Assembly (NCBI GenBank): GCA_028534125.1
Contig: JAPYYK010000045.1
Location: 310,001-374,000, forward strand
Direction: 5' to 3'
Source of the DNA: Lama glama
Taxonomy: Eukaryota
Length of the DNA: 64,000 bases
Below, one piece after another: positions 50,153 through 61,000 of this stretch; positions within the stretch are counted from its first letter, which is position 1, and the number at the start of each line of letters is the position of its first letter. A program made the translations under genes and the position numbers. Below the pieces are notes generated by a model. That model was not told where the DNA came from. It did no database searches and saw nothing but the letters and a program-made list of their open reading frames with translations.

Positions 50153-50320
50153 CTTGAAGGTGAAGGTCTCGTTGAAGGCAGGGTTCAGTGTCTTCCGATG
50201 GACTTTGGTCTCATATTTCTTCTTCTTGTCTGGGAGGAGGAAGACTTTGACGTAAGGGTCTGAGGTGCCCCCCATGTCCAGGGCAGGCAGTTCCGCGGCC
50301 TGCAGGACGCCGACTGTGAG
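50153..50320 (-). CDS. SYT2: Synaptotagmin-2 exon (C2A first half, [26 protein letters not shown]...ETFTFK)
   Basis: 168 nt, AG/GT boundaries. Confidence 0.98.
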
Positions 50321-50485
50321 CTGTGGGGAGAGAGCGTGGCCAGGTCAGCCCAGGGGTGGGGGCGCGCGGTGCCGGAGGGACGCTTGGAGAAACCGAAGCT
50401 GGGAAGGCACTTCTGTGGCCAGGGCGGTGGGCAGCCTGCCAGGCCCCTCCCTGCAGACCCAGCCCCCCACTCCGGCCCCACACAC

Positions 50486-50605
50486 CTGGTTGGCCTGGAA
50501 GTCGTAGTCCAGGGAGAACTGCAGCTTCCCCAGGTTCTCTGGCTCCTTCTCCTCCTCCCCCTCGCCCTCCCCCTCCGTCAGGCCCGTCTCGGCGTCGTCA
50601 TCGTC
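50486..50605 (-). CDS. SYT2: Synaptotagmin-2 exon (acidic linker, [40 protein letters not shown])
   Basis: 120 nt, AG/GT boundaries. Confidence 0.98.
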
Positions 50606-51023
50606 CTGGGGGGCTGGGGGAGGAGGGAACGTCAAGGGATGCAGGGCAGCACCATCATGGCCCCTGCTCCCCCAGCCCGGGCAACACATACCAGGAGTGC
50701 AGTCCGGGTGCACCGCAGATGGGAGAGGAAGGAAGAAGACAGTGGTGAGAGACCCTGCGGCTCAGACCCGCCCCGTTGGGGGGCCCCAGCACACGTGTGC
50801 TCACACGCACTCTCACGTGCCCACACGCCCACACGTGTGCTCACACACACCCATGCGCGCACTGGAGGCCACCGCTCCAAGGCGGACGACTCGAAACAGG
50901 CCCCTCCTTCCACCCTCCATGCCGGTTCCTCGGGCAGGAACTGTCTCCCAAAGAGCCCTGGGGAAAGCGGGGCTGCTGCGAGCTGAGGGGAGGGACCTGC
51001 GGGCGAGGGGACGGGCTCCCTAC

Positions 51024-51190
51024 CTGGCCCCCTCGCATGTCCTTCATGCTCATGGCGCTCTTGGCGCCCTTGCCCTTCTCCTTCTTGTTCTTCCTCTTCT
51101 TGCAGCAACACTTCTTGCAGATGCAGAAGCAGCAGGTGAGGAGCAGGAGGCCGACGAGCACCACAACGGCGATGAGCGCCCAGGGCGGCA
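51024..51190 (-). CDS. SYT2: Synaptotagmin-2 exon (transmembrane helix, Cys cluster, basic juxtamembrane segment)
   Basis: 167 nt; encodes [41 protein letters not shown]...GGQ. Confidence 0.97.
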
Positions 51191-51822
51191 CTGCCCGCGG
51201 GAGGCGGCGTCAGGCTGCCGCCCGCAGCCCCCAGAGGCCTGGGCGAGGCCGCGGCCCCACCCATGTGCTCCCCACACCTAGGACTGGCTGGCGTGCAGGC
51301 CACACCCCGGGGGGCCCTCCTGTCCGCAGGGCCCTGGTGGCTGCAGCCTGCACCGCAGGCTCTGCTTGGACCCTTGCAGGGTGGGTGGGGCCTTGTCCGC
51401 CCTGGCCGAGGGTCGGAAGGCAAGCGCCCTCAGCTCCTGCAGGCCTTGGGGATGGGCCTGAAGCACCGTCTCCCAGCGGGCTGGCTCCCTGGACTGGACC
51501 TCGCACCAGGCCTGGCCAGAAATCCAGGAAGCAGGGGGCTTTTATGTTCTACTGTCTGAAATAAAGCGGTTTCAGAGTGTGGCTAGAAACGTGAATGACG
51601 GTTTCTGTCCCGTCACTTTTTATCTTCTCTTCCGACAGTCTCCTACATTACAGGAACATTTTGCCTCTGGGCGTGTGGTCAGGGCATAAAGCCCCTCCTT
51701 CCCTCGTTACTGCCAGACCACACTGCCACCCCCCGAAGTGGGTCCCCCAGTAATCCGGGCAGGGTCTCAGCCGTCCCACCCACAGGGCCCCAGCCCGGCC
51801 CCCGGGCGCGAGGGGCACTCAC

Positions 51823-51991
51823 AGGGGATCAGCTTCATGTCATTGAAGAACTGCTCCCCCATCTTGGCAAACACGTCCTTGGTCTTCCCAGCACCCCCGC
51901 TCTCCGTGGTGTTGTCTGCGGGCCCGACAGGCGCGGCGGTGGTGGCGGGAGCCACCGCAGGCTCCTGGTTCCTCTTGAAGATGCTCCTCAT
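51823..51991 (-). CDS. SYT2: Synaptotagmin-2 first coding exon (luminal domain, [11 protein letters not shown]...FFNDMKLIP)
   Basis: GCAGCCATG Kozak, acceptor at 52007/52006, donor T|gtgagt. The eight exons sum to 1251 nt = 416 aa plus stop. Confidence 0.96.
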
Positions 51992-52067
51992 GGCTGCAGG
52001 AGGACACTGTGGGCGGAGCGGTGGGGTGAACACCACAGACACACGTGCGGACAGCTCTGCCCGCAGC

Positions 52068-52730
52068 ACTTTTGTTAAATTTATTTCTAGATATTTGATT
52101 CTCCTTGATGCTGCTGTAAACAGAATTGCTTTAATTTCGTTTTTAGATTGTTCATTGCTAACAGGTGCAAATTCAGCCCATTTCTGTGTATTGACCCCAT
52201 GTCCTGCCACATGCTGAGCTGGCNNNNNNNNNNNNNNNNNNNNNNNNNNNNNNNNNNNNNNNNNNNNNNNNNNNNNNNNNNNNNNNNNNNNNNNNNNNNN
52301 NNNNNNNNNNNNNNNNNNNNNNNNNNNNNNNNNNNNNNNNNNNNNNNNNNNNNNNNNNNNNNNNNNNNNNNNNNNNNNNNNNNNNNNNNNNNNNNNNNNN
52401 NNNNNNNNNNNNNNNNNNNNNNNNNNNNNNNNNNNNNNNNNNNNNNNNNNNNNNNNNNNNNNNNNNNNNNNNNNNNNNNNNNNNNNNNNNNNNNNNNNNN
52501 NNNNNNNNNNNNNNNNCACAACTTTCCATTGACAAGATCAGGCAAAGGGAGAGAGTTTCACACCTTTCTTTCTGTCCAGATGCCTTTTGTTCCTTTTTCT
52601 TCCTCAGCTGCCCTGGCGAGACCCCCGCACAGCGTGCAGTGGGAGTCGTGAGAGGGGCTCTTGACTTTGCCCCGACCTCGGGGAGCACGCCCAGTCCTTC
52701 CCCACCAAGTGGAATGCAAGCTTCCTGCAG
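52068..52730 (-). mobile_element. L1 ORF2 (reverse transcriptase region) fragment interrupted by the gap
   Basis: Translation [11 protein letters not shown]...[20 protein letters not shown] resembles the recalled L1 ORF2 KVSGYKINVQK...LPFTIASKRIKYLGIQLT; homology continues on the other side of the Ns. Confidence 0.85.
52224..52516. other. Assembly gap (293 N)
   Basis: Run of N. Confidence 1.
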
Positions 52731-52869
52731 ATGCCATCAGCCTATCCCACCCCAACGGCCAAGGCCACAGCCCCACCTGGTGCCCTGCCCCCCCCGACAC
52801 ACACACCACCAGAGGCAGCCAGGCAGGGAGCTCCTGCTGTGATCCCAGGGACCCCACTGCTGCCAGAGG

Positions 52870-53010
52870 ACTCCAAACAAATCTCTCTCAAATTCAACCC
52901 CCTCATATAAAAATCTCAGAAAATAATACCTACTTCTCAAAACTGCTGTGAAAGTTCAGAGTAAATCTGACTGTGTCTGATACGGAGGAGACACTCAGTA
53001 ACCTGGTCGG
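52870..53010 (-). mobile_element. MIR SINE fragment
   Basis: 'cctcatataaaaat...ataatacctacttctcaaaactgctgtgaaagtt' resembles the MIR core and tail. Confidence 0.55.
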
Positions 53011-53283
53011 ATCAGAATCGAGGAGCCTGGACTGCCTTGCAAGCAACCCAGGTGCAGCGGAGGCCACACCTTCTCTCAAGGAGCCAACCGTCCAAGCCCC
53101 AGGATGAGCAAGTCACCAAAGAAGAAGAACCAACGAGGACGCGGTGCTGACGGGCCCCCATGCCCAGGACACCAGCTGGGGGCCCGCGTCCAAGGGGCCC
53201 TGAAGTCCAAGGAAAGGGGCTTGGACTGACTCCCCAGCAGGGACCGCAGAGGTTTCCAGTGGAGGAGAGGCTGGTCTGTTCAA

Positions 53284-53347
53284 GGAGGCCGGGAGGTCCG
53301 CAGGGAGCGGAGGCCGGGAGGTCCGCAGGGAGTGGAGGCCGGGAAGT
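53284..53347 (+). repeat. 25-bp tandem repeat (~2.5 copies)
   Basis: ggaggccgggaggtccgcagggag(c/t) repeated. Confidence 0.95.
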
Positions 53348-53559
53348 GGGCGCCACGAGGGGCCAGTTCACAGACCAGCCCGAGCCAACCTGGACCAGGC
53401 AGGGTCAGAGTGCAGGAGGCGGGCAGAGAAGACAACAGGGAGCTACTCTATTGTCCAGGAAATACTGCTGAACTATGTTGCTTCCCTGTGGGACCTATGA
53501 TAACGTGGACGTCAAACACCTGCACAGAGATGATGTGTGACTGTGACAGACGCACAAAG

Positions 53560-53960
53560 GAGAGGTGCTTGCCGGGCTGAACTCCACCTCACTTGGGAGA
53601 GTGAGGACACGCTCCTGAGGACCCAGTGGCTGACGGGCCCGAAGGAGGAGGCAAGGTGTCCAGGCGGGAGAGGCACCATCCGCATGTGCAAAGGCCCAGG
53701 GGTGGGAGCAGCATGGGGGACCCAGGGCCCGGAAGAGATCAACGCAGCCAGAGTGGAGGGAGCGCAGGCGGAGGTGGGGCAGCAGGACCGCCCCTTCACG
53801 GCCACAGCAAGGAGTTTTGTCTTTACCCAGAAAGTAGGAAATGCTGTCAGGGGGCTTTAAGGATGTGGGCACCTCTACAAGTTTATATTTGGAAATTTCA
53901 CTTCTGTAGCGAGTAAAAGAGGCTGAGAAGGAAGGGGGAAGCAGTCAAAAAACAGCCAAA
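53560..53960. mobile_element. L2 LINE fragment
   Basis: L2 motifs 'catgtgcaaaggcccaggggtgggagcagcatgg' and 'ggccacagcaaggagttttgtctttaccc'. Confidence 0.7.
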
Positions 53961-54754
53961 GATGAGTGTCAGGACATCCTTAGGTTCTTACAAAAGACAA
54001 GGCCACGTTCCTGGGGGTCACCGTGGCAGACACCAGGAGAGGGAGCCGGGCCCGCATGGACTTCCAGGGCCTCCAGCCTGTGCCCCTTTAACTCCACCTC
54101 CCACAAAAACATGAGGACAGATTACAAAGGAGTAACGACTGTCTAGGAAGGTGGCAATTGCTAAAGCAAGTACAGGGTAGGGGGCCAGAGTGGACAGGGT
54201 GGACCCAGGCCCACCTGCTCGGATCATGGCCCACAGGTGGCACCTGCTGCTCCGACAAGAGCCTTGGGGTCTCCCAGCTTCCCTCCTGCCTTCACCCCCA
54301 AACTGTAGGCCACCTGCAGACCCCCAGCCCCATCACAACATGTCCAAAGTCAGCCCTCCCCTGCCGCCACCTGCAGGCCCACAACAGCCACGTACCCGGA
54401 AGCCCCCCCAACCCCGTCCACCCTCCACACTGCCGCCCTCCAGCGGCTTCGCGTCACACTTAGAATGGCATCCCTGCTGGCCTGGGCCCTCGGCGCCCCG
54501 CGGCATCTCCCGTCACCTCTGCCCCCAGCCCTGCAGTCCTGCCCCGCCAGCCACAGACTCACTGGGCAGCCTCCGGCCGTCGCTCCTACTCCCCTCCAGC
54601 CCAGCACTCCCCTCAGAAACACCCCTGGCCTCTGAGGGACCAGCAGACCTCGGGCTACTTCTCACCAGGCCCTGTCACACCAGTGACTCCCGCCGGTCCC
54701 CGCGTCCCCGTCTGTGACACTCACCTGGGGAGACACCGGCCCTGGAGAAGTCTC

Positions 54755-55046
54755 CTCGCCCGGACTGAATGTGCCCCCAGTTCACGTGTCGAATCTCACG
54801 CTCAGAGCGGTGGTATGCGGAGCAGGCCTCCAGGGTGACCAGGCCCCGAGGCGGAGCCCCCACGGGTGGGCTTAGCGCTCAGAAGAGGCCGAGAGCTTGT
54901 TCCTTCCCACGAGGGCACGTCTGTCGCGGGGGGAGGGCCGTGCTGAGGGGACCCCGGCACCTCGACCTCGGTGCCCAGCCTCCAGAGCACAGGGAAACGT
55001 CGCCTGGCCCGTGGTGCCGGTTATCGCGGCCCGAGCGCCTGAGACA
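54755..55046 (+). mobile_element. MLT1A-like MaLR solo LTR, strongly GC-shifted
   Basis: Starts 'ggactgaatgtgcccccagttcacgtgtcgaa', contains 'cccagcctccagagc', ends 'gttatcgcggcccgagcgcctgagaca'; colinear with the recalled MLT1A consensus. Confidence 0.75.
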
Positions 55047-55589
55047 CGGCTCCCAGTGCCCTGAGACCGGGCCCTCAACGCTGCACGGAAGCTTTAATCC
55101 CCCTGCGGCCCCTCTGCCTCCCTCCCTGCAGATGTGCTCCCCACACCCTGCCTGCTGCTCCCAGAAGCCCTGGAGGAACCTTGCCAACGCTCCCACCCCA
55201 GGTGGGACCACAGACCCCTCCCCGCCCTCCTGTCCCCCAGAGGTCCTTCCCTGTTTGACGGGGGCCCCTGGCCTGTTCTTTCTCAATTCAACATCCCCTC
55301 CCCTCCCTGCACCTTTCCTGTTTAAGATGCCACCAAAACCACAGGGGCCTGCCCCTCACCCCGACACTCAGCTCTGTGAGGTCACACACCAGTGACCACG
55401 AGTCGCACTGAACCGCCTGTGATGGTCACTCGACTGCACCTGCCTTCCCCTTGGGTACCACGCTCTGGTTTCCACATGATTCGGCCTTCTCGGCCTCGGT
55501 GGCCCCGGGTGAACTCCTCCACACCCTGGCCCAGAGGTCCTGCCGACCCCTTGACGCCCTCGCGCTGCCCTGTCAGTTCTGCACGAGCC

Positions 55590-55880
55590 CGAAGCAATCT
55601 GATCACGTCACCACCTGACACCATCCAGGGACAGGAGCCACCCCACACATGACCATCGAGCCCCTGCTGAGTCCAGCGGCATCTCATCCTCCTGTCCCCT
55701 GGGTCTCTCATGCCAGCCACACACACCTTTTATTCCTTTTAATGCCCCCCTTTGGGGCCTTTGCATACGCTGTGCCCCCCTCCGCCTCGCTGAGTTAATG
55801 CCTCTCTCAGCTCAGCTCAGATGACACCTCCTCAGGGAAGCCTGCCTGGCCTCGCCCCGGCCTCGCGCTTCCCACTCACC
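55590..55880. mobile_element. L2 LINE fragment
   Basis: 'atctgatcacgtcacc', 'gggcctttgcatacgctgt', 'tcagctcagatgacacctcctcagggaagcct'. Confidence 0.7.
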
Positions 55881-55949
55881 CTCACCATCTCGTCCCTGGA
55901 GCAGAGGCTGCATCCACTTTGTCCCTGCGGCCCAGGTCCCCCCCAGGTG

Positions 55950-56150
55950 GTAACCTGTGACCCACTCACCAAGTCCAGACCCTCCGACTTGGTGAATAAA
56001 CATTGTTGGAACACAGCACACACACCAGCACACATCCTCTCCGGCTGCTTTCATGCGGCCACAGAGGTGAGCAGTTGCCGCCCCGGCTGTGCGGCCGCAG
56101 AGCCTGAATATTTACTCTCCGATCCTTAGACTGAAACTCTGCCACCCCGC
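55950..56150 (-). mobile_element. MER58-like DNA transposon remnant
   Basis: 'gaataaacattgttggaacacagc...ggctgctttcatgc...agcctgaatatttactct'. Confidence 0.75.
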
Positions 56151-59100
56151 TCTGGCTGTGTCTCACAGTCCAGCTTGTGTGAAGGAGAAAATGGAGGGGA
56201 GGACAGACCCTCAGGTCGCAGAGGACAAGAAGTGTCCTTCTAGGCCCACCCAGGGCGAGCAGGACCCCCGGGGAGGGTGCATGCTGCCCCACCCTCCTCG
56301 GCCTCCTTGTGGGCCGGGCCAGCAGGCCTCGAGGTCCCTCACCACTTAGGGGCGGCATCTGACTTTGGGGACCTTAGACCTTTAATGGCACACGGGGCCT
56401 GGCTTCCTCGACCTGGAGTGGACCCTGGGACTGAGGCGATGCCCGTCCCAACCACCGGGACGAGCTCCCCATCTGCGAGGCTGACTCTCCCTCCAACGTG
56501 GCTCGACCACCGTCACCCAGCCTGCGTCTCTTCTGGAGCTGAAGTTAAGACCGTGAGAAGACAGGCGCAGCCCAAGGCCTCTCTGCCTCCAGGTGCCTCC
56601 AAGGCCAGCCCTCCGTGGAGCTAAATGGTCAGACCTTGCCCAGTGGTGGCTGCTGTGAGCTCAAAGAACCTTCCTACAGCACGTGTGCCCTGGCAAAAAG
56701 CCAAACCTCAGAGTCCCTCCCTGGAGAGGCCACCTCTCCCACTAGAAGCTAAGGAGACAGATGCCAAAGATGCAACACCAGGTCTCAAGACTCCTGCAGG
56801 AAGAGGGGGCCCAGAGAGGTGGAGCAACCTGTCCATGGCCGCACAGCACATGCTGCCTCCTGTCTCCAGGGTTCCTTCCCACACCAGGGGCGGAGTTCCT
56901 GCGTCTGAGCAGAGACAGAGGCCGGAACGGCCAGAGGAGAAGCCTAGTCCTCAAGGGCTGAGAGCTGCCCAGCCTCCCTGGGGGCGCAGGTTGCAGTCTG
57001 GGGCAGCTGCCGACTGGCAGGGCTGAGGATGAGGAAGAAACCAGGGTTCCCAGGGCAGTGTTCTCCTCACTAGGGTCACAGCCGTCCAAGCAGGGAATTG
57101 TGGACGGCACCGAGAGGCAGCAGGGTCGCAGGCGGGAGTGAGGGAGGGCCTGGGGAGCAAATACAAGGTGGGGCCAAGAGCTGACGGGGTGCTTGTTAAG
57201 ACAACAGCACGGCTGCCTGTCCATCCTCAAAGCCCGCAGAGTCCGGGAAGGGGGCCTGCCCATGCTGGTGCAGGTGGTCAGGGCCGCACTTTGCAAAACG
57301 AGGCTCCAAGAAAGACTGGCCAGAGGATGGAGAGTCCAAGGCCAGTTGCTGGAAATAAAATGAGCCTCAAGGCCCCACGGGCCTGGACTACGCCCTCCAC
57401 CTCGCCCTCACCAAAGGCCGCAGGAGAGGACGGCCAGCCCGCAGGTCTAACCATGGAACCTGTCCTCACCGAGTCCTGCTGGATGGAGGTCTGGCACTGC
57501 CCCTGCGGAGATGAGGCCGGTTTCCCTCAGACAGTGACAAGCCAGTCCCCACGGCTCAGCAGGAAGACTCAGCCTAAATCTGCAGGGTCTCAGCCTCCAG
57601 CCCCCGCCCCCCACCCCCGCCAGAAGCCAGGTGCCCACACAGCCCTCCACGTGCCCACCGACTGCCCCCCAACCAGGGAGCCACGGTCTGGGTACTGGGG
57701 GCCTCTGCAGATCGCCCCGCTCCGGCCTTGGCTACGCAGACAGTGGAGACCTAACTGGATGCTGGATCTTTGCCGAAATTATGAGAAGCAAACAGGGTAG
57801 CCAGCACGATGCCTCCCACAGGAGCAGGTGGCTAACAGAGATCAACCCGTGAAGATAAATTTGTGTCTTTATTTTTTGCATGCCCAGTCCAGCATCTGGT
57901 CCTGGAAGGCAGAGGATAAAGTTTAATGAATCAATTTTCTAGCTCGTTTTGAAAATAAATGGCTCATTTCTGTAAGTTCCTTGTGGGCACCTGTCCCAGG
58001 AGTGAGGCCATCTCCCCACACCACATAGCAGCAAAGGGACTAGTCCTGGAGGCCACCCGCCCCTGACCCCTGGGAAGTCCACCCCAGTGTCTCACTTTGG
58101 TCTCTCCTGCTGCAATGACGTGTGTGCACCTTCCCTGCATCCAGAGTAAGGTCCCCAAACCCCAGGCCTCCGTCCTGCAGCCCCTCTATCCCCTAACCGC
58201 CGTGTGACTAAGGCCAGCGTCGCAGCCTCCTCAAGCCTCCGCCCCCACATCCCGTCCTGTCCACCGGAGCAAGGAGGGTCAGAGGAGAGCGCTCCAGGCG
58301 AGGCTGGGGCCCCTGCAGCCCCGAGCACCTGTTCTCCTCGGACCCAGACCCTGGGCATGGGATTCCTAAATCACAGACAGATAAAACTCTGGGGACAAGG
58401 GTTTAGGGAACCCACAGACAACGTGGCCCAAAGCTCTTGTTTGGGAAGTGACAAAGGACACACCAGTAACTGAGCTGCCCCTCGGACCCCTCCATCCCTA
58501 GCAAGCCTGCCGCATCCCAGCAGGGCCAGCCCTGACCCAGGACGGCGGAGCCCACCCCCTTCTCCCAGTTCACCTCGAACACCTGCCTGGCACCCCACAA
58601 CATCTCCCAGTCTACAGGCACCCCCAGGACCCAGGGTCGGGGAGCAGGGTGGGCAGGTAGAGACCCAAATGGACGGCCAAGGGGGTGAGGGACGCTGGGG
58701 ACCACAGCCGCAGGCTACCTAGCGCAGGTTATGGGAAGAGCGGGCTGTACAGCTGGGCCTGGGGCTCAGTCCCTGACGTGCCGGGGGGCCCAGGGCCTGA
58801 GTTTGTGCCGTGAGTGTTGGCGCAACTGGTCTGCCAGGTCCGCTCGAGACCTGCTCCACGGCCGGGAGGCTCTGGTGGGACGGGACCTGAGGCGGAGCAG
58901 TGACTCCCAGTGCGGACACTGCTCTGAACGTGAGAGACCACCAGCCCCGCCACCCTTCCCCCAAGACGCACAGCTGCATTTTTGGGCAAAACCATTAGAA
59001 ACTGAGGCAATCTTTTTCCTGACTAAACATTACAGCTGTGAACACATGAGCTCTGCTGAGCATAACCCCAGAGAGGGAGTGGCCAGGGGCAGGGGTCTGG

Positions 59101-59632
59101 GTCGAGAGCAAGGGCTTTTAATGTGAGCGTGAGAGTGTGTGTGATGTGTGTGGTGTGTGTGCGGTGCGTCTATGTGGAGGCAGGAGGGGGCTTCAGGGTG
59201 ACAGGTATCCTGGGGTCTCTGAGCAGACGGCTGGAGGCACAGATCCCTGGTTCCAGCCCCCGGGCCCCGAATGGAGATTAGTGGCGGCAGGGGGCCCCTC
59301 TGTGTCAGGACCCCCTTACACACTCCACACACAGCAGGACCCCAGCCCAGCTGGTGGCCCTGCAGGGTCAGCGCTCACAGGGACAAGAGGGACAGGAGGT
59401 GGCCACACAGAGGTGGAGGCCCAGGGAGGCCCATCAGTACAGGGCCTGGGGGTCAGCGGCAGGAGGGAAGGGCCAGCCCCGCATCTCAGGCCCAGCTGAG
59501 CCAGGCAAGGGCCACCCTGAGGGACCCAGGGAGGGGCACCAGAAAGGCAAGTGTGTGACACCACCCCTGAGTGTGCAACACACCTGCAGTGCCTGCCACC
59601 CATGGGAATGCGAGATGCCCTGGGGACGGAGT

Positions 59633-59674
59633 CTGGGGGATCCAGGGGTCCTTGTCCTGGGGGATCCAGGGGTC
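59633..59674 (+). repeat. Tandem duplication with 24-bp period
   Basis: ctgggggatccaggggtc occurs at 59633 and 59657. Confidence 0.9.
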
Positions 59675-60894
59675 ACCTCATAATCACAAAGCCTGGAGCT
59701 GGGCCAGCCTTGGGCCGCCAGCTGCCCCGGGCATCACTGTTACCTCTGGTGGGTCCCTTGGACGAGGGGGACTCTGCCACCCCAGGTGGCCTGAGACTGG
59801 ACCCTTTCCCGACCCTCCACAAAGCAGCTCTGCCCCTTGGCTCCGAAACCGTGACCCCTGTGAGCAGCCTGGTTTGTAGGGGGCAGTGATGGAAATGCCT
59901 GAATCTGACCTGTCCCGAGTTGGCCTCTGAGCACCAGCAGGGCAAGTGCCTGTCCCCCAGGGCAGGCTGGGGGCCAGCCACACGTGCATGGGCTGCAGAG
60001 GTCCCCAGTGCAAGCACATCTCCTGTCCTTGGTTCTCCTGGGTCACACAGACTGCATGCAGTCAGATCTCATGACCCAGAGCCAGGCCGACAGATGCCGA
60101 CCACGGCTCAGCCCAGCCCGTCCAGGCCCTGCCTCCCCACCCTACTCTGCCCACTCCTCTCAGAGACCAGTCACCTCTGCCTGGGTCACAGCTGCCGGTG
60201 AGCGGCTCAGCTCAGTGGCCCCGAAGCCCCCCAGGAGCAGTGCAGCTGCTGGTCTGGGCAGCAGGTCACTGAGAAGGTGGGGTCCACTGGGCGCTGCCCC
60301 CTCCCCTCTGGCAACCATGATCCTGCCCACCAAGCACCCCTTCAGGGGGCAGGAGGGAGACCCTGAAGCAGGAGGCACACCCATCGAGGCCATGTTCACG
60401 CACCCCAGCGCCCGAGCAGTCATGGTCTGGACGGGAGGCCTGGGGTCCGGGGCAGATCAGACCTCCTGAGGTCAGGAAGGGCGTGCAGACCACTTCCCTG
60501 ATTACTGAGGGCAGCAGGCGTCCGCCCATCCAACCTCGAGAGTAACCCCTGGACATCCGACTGTTTAAAACCCCCTCACCTGTTCCTCACCCTCACTTCC
60601 CTCCAGGTCCTGTGCAAGCCCCCTGCTGTGGCGGGGCCGCAGATGAAGGACACTCAGCCCAGCTTCCAGCAGCTCCCAGGGGACGAACAGACTCAGGCCC
60701 TGGTGGATGCACAGCACACGGATTCTTCCAGTGCACACAGGAGGAGCCATGGCCTCCCTGTGAGCTCGGACCCTGACCTCTGGCCCCCAGCCCGGGCTTC
60801 CCCAGCCAGCGGGTTTATTGTGGGGGACGTCCTGGGGACCCTGGGCTGAGGAAGGGCATGGGTGCAGGGGAGGGTCCTGTGAAGGCATCTCCCT

Positions 60895-61000
60895 CCACAC
60901 TCAGCCCCATGAGGAAGGTGCTGTTGTGCCCACTTTACAGACGAGGAAACTGAGGCTGAGCAGGTGTGGAAGTCACTCGCTCACATCGCATGCAGCTCCC
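60895..61000 (+). mobile_element. MIR SINE fragment
   Basis: MIR core 'cccactttacagacgaggaaactgaggct'. Confidence 0.8.

Noticed and set aside
50606-50615. Tandem upstream acceptor for the SYT2 linker exon
   Set aside because: Would add 8 nt and frameshift; no support from sequence alone.
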